Assembly: GCF_009914755.1 (NCBI RefSeq)
Contig: NC_060929.1
Length of the DNA stretch: 64,000 nucleotides
Origin: the human T2T-CHM13v2.0 reference genome, Homo sapiens
Strand: one strand, 5' to 3'
Positions within the stretch are counted from its first letter, which is position 1; the number at the start of each line of letters is the position of its first letter. The notes below the pieces were generated by a model. It ran no database searches. It saw nothing but the letters and a program-made list of their open reading frames with translations, and was not told the origin of the DNA. Shown piece by piece: positions 13,276 through 27,211 of this stretch. A program made the position numbers and the translations under genes.

Positions 13276-15200
13276 GGGTTTTTCTTTGCTGTTTAAATAG
13301 AAGAGAGCCAGAACAGACAGAGTAAGTCCTCATCTCTCCTCCCAAATAATACTGGAATAGAAAATAATCCATTTGGATGAAAATAGGTAGGTAGCCAGTT
13401 GTTTAGAAGTATGCCTTAAGTTGCCATTGACAAATTACTGACATTGACAAGTTATTTTTGAACAAAATGCAAAAAAAAGTAATGAGAACAGTTTTGAACA
13501 TCCAAATTTAAATGTTCATAACAAAAAAAAGTTTTATTGTTCACATTCATTTTGGAAAAAGATGTATCTTTTCTTATGATGCTGCCATTAATTAAAACAC
13601 TTTGGAATTCCTTCTGTCCTACTGATTTCAAAGCAGTTTATAAGACTTACATGAAATTTGGTGACTTTACTTTATAGGGAAACTACAGTTGATCAAAATA
13701 CCATTTCTTGGAAAGATCATTTATCTTATTTGCCAGATCTGGCTCTGAATGTCTTTGTCTATTTTCCAAATAAAATCAAACTATTGATGATGAAAATTTC
13801 TCACCACTTAGAAGATTTAAAAGTCTATGTCAGAAACTAAAGGTGATTTTTTAAAAGGTGTTCAAAATATTTTGAGTAATGTCAGGATTGTGAGACTAAG
13901 GTCACAGATTCCCCAGGCATCTACTTGGAAAATGTATAACCCTTTCTTTTGGCATATATTGTTCTGCTTATTCCATGAATAGTTGAAATACATATTCAGG
14001 CATCTTTATCCAAATCTAAGCAAATATTTTGGATATACAATTTTTGAATAGTGGTAGCCTATATCTCATTATTTTAAATGGGGGAAATTATAAAGTATTT
14101 CTAGCTCACCCCAAAACACACGAACAATGACAAAATCATTCTGTGTACATATGAAAAACAGTAAAGCTTTCTGGGACCAACCACAATTGCAAATGTCTTT
14201 TAAAATTTTTCATGCTTACAAAAAATCATAGATTTGGCAGATGAAAACAAATGCATGCCAAGCATATGTCTTTTACATGTTTATTCTTCACGTGCCTCAT
14301 TATTCACCTCTTTCTTCTAATATATGGGCTTTCCCACATCTCTTAGACTTACCTGCTTTATTCAAAGACCTTTATACTTTTCTATTCTTTCAATAAACTT
14401 TTTCTTTTAGTGATGTAGGGGAGGTGAAAGTGATAATGCACAAAACTTTTAATCAAAAAATGCGTAAATCGCAAACCTGTCTGGAGAACAGTTGAGACTA
14501 AGGCTTTTCACTTTTCACTAAGGCTTTTTCGAGACACTAAAATGTTTTTTCTGGCATGCATATGCAGATTCATTGAAGTAATTTTTCACTTGGAGAGTAA
14601 ATTTTGAGTGAACACTTTTTTAAGTTGTTAGAGTAGATATTCCAATGGTAAGTATTCAACAAGTGAAGAAACCCGTATAAAGTGGCTGTCTTTCTTTGAA
14701 AGTAGTGATTAAATATTCTTTTTTGGCATCTTGAAAGAATTACCTATAGTGATGTTTGCTACATGATACATATAATTCTTTTTTTAAATTGCTATTTGTT
14801 TTTTGGCTAAGTATGCTCTTTGTTGGATGAAGAAAAAATTTCCATAGGCTCAACTAAACTCCTAAAGCTGACTTGTGGAACTATCTTTAAGCTGGAGTAA
14901 TTCATTAGCTAAGTGTTTCTCAGAATGGTATTTCCTGAAACAACATTCTGGGAATTAATAGGTGTAGCTAAGAAATGTTTCATTGTAAAATAAGTATGGA
15001 GACATATGTCCTTTCTCTGGAGAGTCACAACTTATGAGAACATATTAAAGAGACTGAGAAGTCTTATAGATAAAATGAAAACTTGCTTATTAACTTTGGT
15101 CAATTTACATTTCCCATTTCCTAATGAAACACCTATTAATATCCTGCAAATGCCAGTTTGGGAGACATTCTATTAAACCAATTCTTTATTTCTATCACAG

Positions 15201-15355
15201 ATTGAAGAGATTGCTCTGGAGTTTGAGGAAGTTAAGAAATATAATACAGTTAAACATTTTCATTTTCCAGCTCTTAAAAATATTCTGAGGAAGTTAATTC
15301 TAACGCTAGACATCAGAATTTGGCAAGGATGGAATAACAAAGAAGTTGGCAAGAT
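15201..15355 (+). pseudogene. Candidate relic exon E of a putative unitary pseudogene
   Basis: Acceptor ttctttatttctatcacag and donor AT|gtaatg. Phase 0 to 2, stop-free: IEEIALEFEEVKKYNTVKHFHFPALKNILRKLILTLDIRIWQGWNNKEVGK(I). Confidence 0.45.
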
Positions 15356-15472
15356 GTAATGCTATAAATATTAAATGAGTTTTTTCAATATAGAAGTGGA
15401 AAAAATAATTTTCCTTTCCATCCTTCTTAATTCTTGACTGGGACCCCTATAACAAGAAGACACATTAACCAG

Positions 15473-15872
15473 TGTTAAATCAAATTAAAATCTGGCCTTA
15501 GAAAGCCTCCATACTCTTATATGAATTCTGCTGAAAATCTATCTTAAGAGAATGCTTCTGTAACAACAGTTGAGTCTCAGCCAATCACAGCAGCCATACC
15601 TTAACTACTCAAAGGTGGCCAACTGTTCAAACTGTTTCAAATAAGGCAACCACCAAACTGTAACCAATCCAGCTGTTTTTGTACCTCACTCTTGTTTTAA
15701 GTATGTCACTTTTCTTTTTCTGTCCATAAATCTTATCACACCATGTTGCAGCCCGAGTCTCTTTGAATCTCTTCTGATTCTGAGGGCTACCCAATTTGCA
15801 AATCATTTTGTCTTTTTTCTTGCTCAATTAAACTCTGTTAAATTTAATTTGTTTAAAGCCCTTCTTTTAACA
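15473..15872 (+). repeat. 5' LTR (MER57-like)
   Basis: Runs TGTTAAATCAAA...TTTTAACA with multiple CCAAT boxes and ATTAAA. Homologous to 24870-25284. Confidence 0.92.
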
Positions 15873-15876
15873 GATT

Positions 15877-15895
15877 TGATGTCAGAAGTGAGGAT
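15877..15895 (+). promoter_or_regulatory. Primer binding site, tRNA-Leu(CAA)-like
   Basis: TGATGTCAGAAGTGAGGAT approximates TGGTGTCAGAAGTGGGAT and lies 4 nt after the 5' LTR. Confidence 0.75.
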
Positions 15896-16168
15896 TTGAA
15901 GTAAAACACCAGTGACCCCTAGGAACACTAGGCAACCAGGCAAAGTACCCATGAAGCCAGCTGTGTTCACTATTCTCTTGTTTGTAACTGGAGATCATGA
16001 GTGAATTTTCTTTTGAATTCTGAGCTCCACTATTTTGTGATTTGAACTCTCTGAATTTATTTGAACAATATTTAGACTGGACTGGGTGCAGGATTTAATT
16101 GAATTAAATATTTAACAAGATTGGATTCTGTGAGAGGCCTAAGGGTTTGGGTAGATACCTTTTGGATA

Positions 16169-17600
16169 ATGGGTTTATCTCAATCCAGGGAGTCTAAGAC
16201 TCTACCTTCTGGTACTGCAGCTAATGTTTTCTACAAAACTTATGGGCCCAGAATGTGTGCATTTTCAGAAAAATGAGTTAATTTTACAAGAGACAACTTA
16301 GAATTGTGATGACACCAGTAACATTTCAAGTTGGATAAAATTGTTTATTGTGAGGCATATTAGAAAGAAGGAGATCAAAAACCCACACAAAACAATGGGA
16401 TACAGAAGCATCTAACAGGCTAAACAAATCAAAATTGCTTCCTTCAAAGATTCTTTGCAAAAGCAAATGAAAAGCTTAAGCAACAGCTTAAGGACATGAT
16501 AAAAGAGGACTGTTGTCTACTGAACTAACTTCAGCTGTTCCTTCCCTTTATCCATCTCTACCTCAATACTCTGAATCTGCTAACCTTTTTGCAACATTAT
16601 CCTTTCATCCTGAAGGTGATGAAAAAAGAGGAGTTAGTAAAACCTTCTGATCAGCCAGGTTTTTCCTGCTGTAACCATTTTTACTTCATGGTCTAAAACT
16701 CATCTTAGAGACATTGTAAAGGACTTCCCTAACCCAAGGGAAAAATCCTCAATCATTTACTGAAGAATTTAGAATCCTCATAGGAGTCTATAATCCATGA
16801 CTCCCTGACCTTTACTAATATATTCATACAATATTGACGTTTGGTGAAGCTTAAAAATGGATGGCAGGAGTGGGATGAGACAAATCTGAGGCATGTATTA
16901 GACTTCTCCAAAACTTCCTCATGAGAAAGGCCAAAAGGAGCTAGAAAAATTGCTGAAAACCATTTATATTTAATTCCTAAGATTTTCCCAACAAAGGTTG
17001 ATTGGTTCATCATACAGTCTTGCAGACAAAAAAAAGGATGAATCATTTTCTGATTACAGAACTTACTTAGAAATGCGGTTTGTAAAATATTCTGGACTCC
17101 AAATACAGCAAGAAGTATTTCCTGCAGGGACTGAAATGATATTAATTCCTCTATTTGTAAATGGACTTCATCCTGAACTTACCTGTTTAATTAAGAAACA
17201 CAAACCTGGATGGAGAGTTACAGGTATGAACTGGTGGCCTCAGCTGAACATTTTGAGAGGACTCTGGAGCAAAAAAAAAAAATATCCAAAATGCTAACAA
17301 TTATGACTCGTCAATTACAACAGTTACAGGGGCTGAGGCTAAAGGGACCTTCTCATTTTTATTTTAAATCACAACAAACAGGTCCTAGAACAAGAAATTC
17401 TTTATCCTGAGATGTTTGCCTTCATTGCAAACAACAAGGACATGTGGAAAGAGGTTTCTTGGTTTTATATTAGTCTGCAATAAGCCTCCTTTCTTTAGGC
17501 TAGATCATTTTACCCCTAGAATGAGCCCAAGAGATTTTAACATTAATGATGATAATCAATATTTATTAGGCTCCAAGGATTCTCTGTTAAATTGCCCCTG
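16169..17600 (+). pseudogene. ERV gag remnant
   Basis: Starts MGLSQSRES (myristoylation-type G2). Capsid-like FTSWSKTHLRDIVKDFPNPRE at ~16680. Zinc-knuckle remnant CLHCKQQGH at 17417. Many stops. Confidence 0.8.
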
Positions 17601-18248
17601 ACATAATACCCTTACATAAACATGGAGAAACAAGTTAAAATAAATAAGGAATCTTGTACATCCTGGTGGATACTGTAGCCACCTTATGAACCATAAACTC
17701 CACTTTATTAAGCCATCAGATCCCTTGACGCAAAAAAGTCATTTCTCTGGTGGGGGTTTCAAATCAATTCATGAGATTGTCATATATCAACTCATTCACC
17801 TTACTTTTGGGCCATTTTCAGAAAATTATACCTTTTCACCATATGATACTACTCCAATAAACTTGCTAGGGTGAGCCTCACTTTCAAAACTAAAAGAACA
17901 TATATGATTCTACTCAGAGGGAGACAGAGTTTCCAGATTCTCCTGAACCAGGAGAGTTATGCTCTCTACAGGCAGAAATTGATAAGATTGAAACTCAGGT
18001 CTGTTATATACCTAACCTTTCTAAAACACCTGAATGTTATGGGCCCCTTCCTCAACTGATATAGGAAGGATTAAAAGTACGGAACCTATACAAATTCAAG
18101 TAGATCATTCTAAACCTTTGCCTAAATTACTGTAATATCCACTAAAACTTGAAGCAATTCAGGGGCCATCACCAACTGTAAAAGATTTACTTTTAAAAAG
18201 ACATAATTCTGTGTACCAGTTCTTGTAATGCTCCAATTTTACCAGTTA

Positions 18249-18600
<352 letters not shown>

Positions 18601-18708
18601 TTAATACAATTATAATACCAAGGTTTCCTGTAATTGCAAATCCCAATACTTTATTATCTAATGTTCCTGCTTATTTGAAGTGGTTCACTGTAGTAGACCT
18701 CTACTCAG

Positions 18709-20115
18709 GAGGAGTAATGTCACAAAAGTAATGGAGTAGAAGCATTCTGGCTCCACTCTTCCCATCAAAAAACTAAATATCCAGCATCCAGATTATCACC
18801 AGCAATATCCTAGAACTCAAATATGAGGCTGAGATGATCCCCAGGGCCACAAAGAAGTGCAAAACTCCGAGCAGAGAGTAAGAGAAAGTGACGTCTCTCT
18901 CCGTGACGCCCCTCTCCCAATCTGCCAGGGATTACACATGGAAAATTCTTCTCAGACTTATGGTTTCTACTCTGGAAAAAGTGAGATTGAGGCAGACAGC
19001 CAGCTTCTGCACCATCTTGGGTACGCTTACAAGAAAACTGTTCCTGCCTCCACCCATAGGAAGCATTGCAAGTGCCTGTAGGGAGAAAAATCCCAAAGAG
19101 CAGCTAGAGACAAAATAGGGAGGTGAGTCTAGCAATCCCAGCCTGTGAATTCTGCTCTTTATCTCAGCCAAAGGAGATTTCCAATCAGAGTAGCTGTTCT
19201 GCAGCACCATGCTGTAGGAGGCACCTTCCATAGGTCTTCTGGACACAAACCTCCAGCCAACCTTCTTACATAGAACAGGTGTATCCCATTTGGGACCCCC
19301 TTCCCATATGGGACAGGCAGTGCTCTGAACATTTGGGAGAGCTGAGGCAAACCTAAGCTTAAGGTGCCATGTAGTCCCATAAAGGAAGCAGTGGTCTAGG
19401 ATTAAGGAGACTCAATAGGAAACTGCAAAGAACCTCTAAGTAAACATACTCTAATAAACATACCCTAAGTAAATATACCCTCTAAGAGCAAAACAAACTG
19501 TACAGTGAAAACTGGAAAAAAATAACTAATCCTGCAATGTGACGCTATAGCTGTATGTCCACAAGAAACAACAGCAAACAAGGAACAATGACCTCCCAAA
19601 CAGACAAAGCAAGGAGCCAGTGACTGTTCCTAATGAGATGGTGATGTGTGAGCTCTCAGATCAATAATTCAAAATAGCAATTCTAAGGAAACTCAGGGAA
19701 CTCCAAGATAACACAGAAAAGCAATTCAGAAATTTATCAAAGAAATTTAAGAAAGAGATCAAAATAATAATAAAAAATCAAACAGAAATCCTGGAACCAA
19801 GAAATACATTTGCTAAACTGTAAAATACATTAGAGATTCTCAAAAACAGAATGAATCAAGCAGAATGAAGAATCAGTAACCTCAAAGACAGGCTATTTGA
19901 AAATACACAGAGGAGAAAAAAGAAAAATAATGAAAGGAATTAAGAATACTTACAAGATATAGAGAATAACCTCAAACAAAACAAAATGAAAACAAATCTA
20001 AGAGTCACTGGAATTCAAGAAAGTTGTGAAAAAGGAAGAAGTAGAAAGCTTATTCAAAAAAATGATAATAGAAACCTTTTAAGGCCTAGCGGAACATCAG
20101 GTACAGGAAGGTCAG
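18709..20115 (+). mobile_element. Old L1 5'UTR plus partial ORF1, 3'-truncated, no poly(A), flanked by a TSD
   Basis: ORF1 coiled-coil-type sequence ~19540-20115 (NLRVTGIQE..., ...QVQEGQ). TSD AGACCTCTACTCAG (18695-18708) / AGACCTCTGCTCAG (20116-20129). Confidence 0.85.
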
Positions 20116-22935
20116 AGACCTCTGCTCAGCCTTCCTTAGCACTTCAATCCATAAATAGAGTCAATACTTGTTTGCTTTTACTTAGAAAAACCAGCAGTAC
20201 ACCTTGACTGTAATGTCACAAGGGTTTACTGAAGGCCCTTTGTATTTTTCCCCAATATTGCATCAGGACTTAATACCCCTATAGTTTCTTCAAAATTCTG
20301 CTGTTACTTAGTATATAGATGATCTGTTCTTAGGCTCTCCCATTAAGAGTGCTATAAAATGGACTAAATTTACCTTTTACAGCAACTCACATATAAGGGT
20401 CACAAGGCTTCGATGAAAAAACTTCAGTTTTCAAAAGAGCAAGTCCATTATGACTTGACGGCTAAAGGGATTTCCCTCTTGCCTGAAAGAATAAAACTAT
20501 TTAAAGTTTTCCTCAGCTTGTAACCAGAAGACAATTAAGAAGTTTTCTTGGACTTGCAGGATATTGCCAATTCTGTGTCTTGCATTTTTTCTGAATGGCC
20601 TCACCATTGTAAGAGCTTGATAGAAACACAGTACCAGAGCCTTTACCTTGGGAAGACAGTCATGAGCAGGCTTTTAACCAAATGAATTTTGCCTTACGAC
20701 AGCCTCCAGCTTTGGGACTTCCAAATTACACTAAACCTTTTACCTTGTTTGTCCATGAATGTAACAATCAGGAATTAGGAGCTCTTATCCAAGAACGTAG
20801 AGGAAAACATAGGCCCATTGCATATTATAGCCCTCAATTAGACCTAGTAGTGAAGGTACATGCTAATTGTTTAAAAGCAGCTGCAGCCAAGTTGATAGAA
20901 GCTTCATCTGAGCTGATTTTAGGGAATAAACTTAATTTGCAAGTCCCACATACTGTGGGAAGTCCTTTACATGCCAACCAAACTCAGTATTTTTCAGAAA
21001 GTAGACCAACATCTTGTTAAATTAATCTCCTTCTAATCTCTATTTAAAATTCTGCAACATACTTAACTCTGCTATTCCATTACTCCTGTCTGATGATGGT
21101 GAAGCCTATAATTTTGTAAGGATAATATCAGAAATAGTTGCCTCTTGTGTTGATTTATGAGATACACCATTGGATAATCATAAGTTTTTGTCAATGAGCC
21201 CTGTGCCAAAAATTCAGAAGGAAAATATTGGGCAGGGTATGCCATTGCCACCCAAAATAAGTTGAGAGAGAAGGGAGCTCTTCCTCAATTTAAGTCAGCT
21301 CAGGACATGGAGCTTTTTGCCCCCACCTGAGCTTGTCATATAGCTGAGGGCAAGTCAGTAAATATTTATGCAGATGGCTGATATACCTTTGGCATAGCAC
21401 ACAATTTTGGTATGTTATAGAAACACCAAAGGTTTCTCATTTCTAGTGGGAACTTCATCAAAAATAGACTCCATGCGGATGAACTCCTTTCCACTATCCT
21501 GTTACCATCACAGATTGTCATTATTAAGATTGACTCTCATGCATATAAAACTGAACCTGAACATAAAACAGAATTCTCTAGTAGGTTTTTATGCTCAATC
21601 GTTTAGTGCTGGAACGGTTAGGGTATGCTTTCTGAATGAACCTCCTAAGATCGATCCAAGTCAACTTCCTTATGATGACCTATTTAGAAAACAGTATAAT
21701 GCACTTGATTTGGAGAAACAAAAGTGATCTCTGAAAGGACACAAATTCATTGTTAAAAAAGGATCCAAATTCATTGTTAAGCATGGACTCACAGAGGGCC
21801 CAGATGGCCACCTGGTCCTTCCTGAGTCTTTGAAGCTTCTATTGTTAAAAGCTATGCACTTCACAACTCAACATGGAAAAGACAAAGTGATACAAGTTAT
21901 GAAAAAATATTGTTGGGGTTACTGTGCTAACATTTCTAAAATGGTTCATAACCAATATTTTGGTTTGTCAAACTTATAATCCTGGGAAAACAATCAAAAC
22001 TTCAGGTAGCATATTCCTACCATAAGATGGGCTATTTGAACACTTAAAGATGGATTTTATTCAGTTGCCACTCTCAGTGGGGTATTAGTATGTTCTTGTA
22101 ATAGTCTGTGTGTTTCCTGGTTGGTAGAGGCTTTCCTATGTAGGAAAGCTGGTGCTGTAACAGTAACTAAGAAATTATTGGAAAATGTGTTTCCTTAAGG
22201 GGCATTCCTAGAGAAATCTCTAGCAGTAGGGGAACTCATTTTACTGGGCAATTTATAAAGCAATTAAAGAATGTATTGTGAACATAATGGCATTATCATT
22301 GTTTCTATCATCCTCAGTCTTCTGGAAAGGTTGAAAGAACAAATGGCATATTAGAACTGAAATTGGCAATGCTAACTAAGTCAATTGCATTTTCTTGGCC
22401 TAAGACACTGCTGTTGGCTTTAATGGTAATCAGATTCACTCTGACTAGAAATCGTAAGTTGAGCTCTTAGGAAACAGTCACTGGAAAACCTATGTCCCTA
22501 ATAATAAAAGCTCACACATTCCTTGCTCTCTTAAACTCTGATATGATTAAATGCTGCAAGGCTTTAAGCATTATGCCAAAGTGTATTTTCACCAGGTAAA
22601 AAAAGCTTTACATGATCCACCATCTGAGGTCAATCAAATACTTCGTGGTCTAGAACTTGGAGATTGGGTGTTTTGGAAATAACATCAGAGTAAGACTGCC
22701 CCTGACCCCTATTGGAAGGGACCATATCAAGTTTTTCTCACCACTGACACTGCAATGAAGGCCTTAAATCCTAGGTCCACGTTGCAATTCAAAAGAGCCC
22801 TTTCAGATTCTTGGAACAGTACTCCTGTTGGGACTTTAAGGTAAAGCTGACCATGGAAATTTCTCCCTAGAAGTAAATGGCATCTTAAATGTTAACAGCT
22901 TTCTCAAATTCACAGATCAAGACTTCTGTACCATC

Positions 22936-24480
22936 ATGAAAACGTTATGCTTTTGTCTTTTTCCCTCATTTTCTGCTGCCCTGATGCTTTTTTCCTACAG
23001 GAAGATTCATGAGGCCATAATCAGTGGATGGCTGTAGCTCAAGCTTGTATTCTAGCATAAAACTAGAACAATTGCTGGGTTTGTGGGCTAATGCCAAAAA
23101 ATCAGGAAACAGTCCCACTGATGCCAATGCCTCTCTGCATTCTCAATGACAATCACTGTGAGATGCCAGAAGAAGAGTGGAAAGCTATCTTTGGTGTTCT
23201 AAATATCACTGCTACTTGCTTTCCAGTACTCACTAGAAACAACATTCTATCTTTTATATTTAATAACCTGATCATTACCAAATATAGGAAACCTATCCAA
23301 GTAATGTCTGCAAAATGTATTTTGTGCTTCCTGGCATCACACACTCAAGGCCTGGGAATTATCCGTGTGGGTACAAGTAATCGCTCATAGAAAGTCACTA
23401 GATTAAATCCAGTAGGTCCCCCTGCCCCATCCCCCTGTTTTTTTTTTTTTTTTGTAACTAAATATGGTTATACATCCTTACAACGTTTTATGAAAGGGCC
23501 ACAAAAAAGTAAATTTTCCACTGGACTTTGTTCAGGAGCTAGGCAGAACAAGGGTGAAAAATTTAACTAACCCTTGCTCAAATACAACTAGATGGCCCTC
23601 TTTTCCAATCCCTTAGGGACTATATTTGGTCTGCACAGAATTTCATTCTACCTCCTTGCTGGTTTGGATCTTGCTATTTGGTCTGGCTCACTCCTGCCTT
23701 TTAAATAGCTTCTCGTGAGAGTTCCTGTAATAGCTCCTATGATCAGAAACCAAAGCAGTCAATAACTGAAATTAGCACCAATCTTGAAATAGATGAAAGA
23801 TAAATTAGATTCTACTGAGGAGACATTCCATCGTGGTTCCTGGGGACTCACTCTTGGTGGTAGTGGGTACTAGTTGTATGGAATTTAAAGCTAATTCATA
23901 AATTGAGAGAAATCTTGAAGTTTATAGCCAATCAGACTTCCCACGGTTTGAGGTGCGTAGGAGCCACTCTCTGAAAGGTAAATGATACCATAAGTGTTCA
24001 ACAAAAACACATCATGCAGCTTTATGTTTCCTTTTAGCTCAAGTTGAGGCCTTATGTTTGCTATTGAACAAAACCGAATGTTGGACCTATCTTTCCCCTA
24101 ATTTTATTACTACAGAAGGCTTAATTAAAAATCTGGTAGATACTATTCTTTCCTTAGACACTGCCACCAAATAAATTAAGGAAATCTTTCAAGAGAAAGG
24201 AACATAGAATGTGTTCGTGGGAACAACTAACAGTTGGTTTGCAGATATCCTAAATGGTGGATAGCAACCTGGTGTTTTCCAAAGTTTTCTTATCTTTATA
24301 TTTCTTCTGGTAGGTCTCCAGGTTATTATAACTTGTGTGACCAGGATAACAACAAAAATGGGTACCTCTTTAAATCAGAACATTTTACAGTGAATGATGG
24401 TCCTTAATTACCATGGCACCCTGAACAAAGACTATGACCAATTAGACTCAAATACTGTTGAACTGCCTATATTGCTGAAC
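22936..24480 (+). pseudogene. ERV env remnant
   Basis: Hydrophobic leader after ATG 22936. NNCWVCG (CXXC) at ~23067. TM segment LCLLLNKTECWTY at ~24052 followed by a hydrophobic anchor at ~24280. Disrupted. Confidence 0.8.
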
Positions 24481-24855
24481 TTTGACTTGTTTGATTTGAC
24501 TTGGTTAATTTCATAAGAAATCTGTTTAAGAAGTACACTTTGGTTTTTTGATATTACACTCTTGATAGTAATTTTAATAGTCCCCCTGGTAACACTGTAT
24601 CCTCTCAAGTCTTAAATGTTTTGTATTTAGCCATCCATTGAGTATTGAATGGTCTTATGATTTTACTTTGACTAGATCAGCAAGAACATAAAGAATTATT
24701 CAACTGGTGTGACACTGTGACGTGTGAATTCCACAATGAGACCAAAGAAGATGTGTGAATTTCATACTGAGACCAAATAAGTTATTTATGATGGTGACAG
24801 AGAGTGGCACCAATGTCCGAAGTTTTGGTTAATATCTAAAGTTGAGAGGCTGACC

Positions 24856-24868
24856 AAAAGGAGGGAAA
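24856..24868 (+). promoter_or_regulatory. Polypurine tract
   Basis: AAAAGGAGGGAAA immediately upstream of the 3' LTR. Confidence 0.85.
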
Positions 24869-24869
24869 T

Positions 24870-25284
24870 TGTTAAATCAAACCAAAGTCTGGCTTGAGAA
24901 AGCCTCCATATTTGCATACTTGAGTTCTTATGTATGAATCACAACCTAACCTAGCACATATACAAACTGAAAACCTCACTTAGGAGAATGTGTCTGTAAT
25001 AGTAGCTGACTTTCAGCCAATCATGACAGTCATACTTCAGCCACTCACAGTCAGTCAGTGATTTAAATGGTGTTCAAATAAGGCAAACACCAAGCTGCAA
25101 CCAATCCAGCTGTTTCTGAACCTCACTTCTGTTTTCTGCATGTCACTTTCCTTTTTCTCTTCATAAATCTTATCCCACCATGTGGCAGCCCCAGTGGCCG
25201 CCTGATTCACAAGTCGTTTTTGTATTTTTTCTTGCTCACTTAAACTCTGTTAAATTTAATTTGTCTAAAGTTTTTCTTTTAATA
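24870..25284 (+). repeat. 3' LTR (MER57-like)
   Basis: Runs TGTTAAATCAAA...TTTTAATA. Homologous to the 5' LTR, with reciprocal ~30-bp indels. Confidence 0.92.
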
Positions 25285-25531
25285 CAAGAGAAAAACAAAC
25301 AGAGGTTTACTAACATGTATATTTCATATATACCTGAGAGAAAACTCAGGGAAAGACTAACTCTTAAAGAGGTAGCTTAGAATGGTGGCTTATGCGGTGT
25401 CTTCAACAAAGAACAAAACATTTTTAGAGAACTGGCAACATAAAGCAGAAGGACCTTGACTCTCTAGGGGCAGAAAATTGTGAGGTGGGAAATATGTGGG
25501 AAACTGATGGTAGATAGAGGCTAGTCAGTAA

Positions 25532-25831
<300 letters not shown>

Positions 25832-26183
25832 CCTTGTCAGTAAATTTTTTAACATGGATTCCTTTGGTGCCATCTCTAGGCTGATAAAGATCACCTCTGG
25901 TGATCAAACTTTGTTATACCTGGTAGAAATGCGGAGGAAGGGACACCTTTGTTTCCTTAATGCCTTGCTTTTAGGCAATTAGGAAGAGGGCAGATATTTT
26001 GTTTTTGTATCTGTTTCTTCTCAATTGCTTTCCACTCAAAATAATCCCTACATCAAAGTGGTATATTTTGGGGAGGCAGACTCTGCTGTCCTTTAACGTT
26101 AGGCACAGATCATTTTTGGAAAAGACCAAGAAGTATATGTTCTGAATTCTAATAAAAATGGAAGAAAATACAATTATTAAAAA

Positions 26184-26636
26184 TCACCGGGAGCCAAGAT
26201 GGCTGAATAGGAACAGCTCCAGTCTACAGCTCCCAGCGTGAGTGACGCAGAAGATGAGTGATTTCTGCATTTCCAACTGAGGTACCAGATTCATCTCACT
26301 GGGGAGTGTCGGAAAGTGGGTGCAGGACAGTGGGTGCAGTGCATCGAGCGTGAGCCGAAGCAGGGCGAAGCATCGCCTCACTCGGGAAGTGCAAGGTGTC
26401 AGGGAATTCCCTTTCCTAGTCAAAGAAAGGAGTGACAGATGGCATCTGGAAAATTGGGTCACTCCCACCCTAATACTGCACTTTTCCAATGGTCTTAGCA
26501 AACGGCACACCAGAAGATTATATCCTGAGCATGGCTCGGAGGGTCCTATGCCCACGGAGTCTTGCTGATTGCTAGCACAGCAGTCTGAGATCAAACTGCA
26601 AGGTGGCAGCGAGGCTGGGGGAGGGGTGCCCACCAT
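26184..26636 (-). CDS. L1 ORF0 homolog in the antisense 5'UTR, open for 150 codons (expression unknown)
   Basis: MVGTPPPASLPPCSLISDCCASNQ... matches the primate L1 ORF0 N-terminus. Kozak context GCA-ATG-G. Confidence 0.45.
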   Translation of the reverse strand: MVGTPPPASLPPCSLISDCCASNQQDSVGIGPSEPCSGYNLLVCRLLRPLEKCSIRVGVTQFSRCHLSLLSLTRKGNSLTPCTSRVRRCFALLRLTLDALHPLSCTHFPTLPSEMNLVPQLEMQKSLIFCVTHAGSCRLELFLFSHLGSR

Positions 26637-27211
26637 TGCTGAGGCTTGAGTAGGTAAACAACGTAGCCGGGAAGCTCGAACTGGGTGGAGCCCACCGCAG
26701 CTCAAGGAGGCCTGCCTGCCTCTGTAGACTCCACCTCTGGGGGCAGGGCATAGCCAAACAAAAGGCAGCAGAAACCTCTGCAGACTTAAATGTCCCTGTC
26801 TGACAGCTTTGAAGAGAGTAGTGATTCTCCCAGCATGCAGCTGGAGATCTGAGAATGGAGAGATTGCCTCCTCAAGTGGGTCCCAGACCCCCGAGTAGCC
26901 TAACTGGGAGGTACACCCCAGTAGGGGCAGACTGACACCTCACACAGCCGGGTACTCCTCTGAGACAAAACTTCCAGAGGAACGATCAGGCAGCAACATT
27001 TGCTGTTCACCAATATCCGCTGTTCTGCAGCCTCCACTGCTGATACCCAGGCAAACAGGGTCTGGAGTGGACCTCCAGCAAACTCCAACAGACCTGCAGC
27101 TGAGGGTCCTGACTATTAGAAAGAAAACTAACAAACAGAAAGGACATCCACCCCAAAATCCCATCTGTACATCACCATCATCAAAGACCAAAGGTAGGTA
27201 AAACCACAAAG

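Noticed and set aside
23091-23390. 99-aa env ORF as a possible domesticated envelope
   Set aside because: Only a fragment. The env is interrupted by multiple stops and frameshifts.
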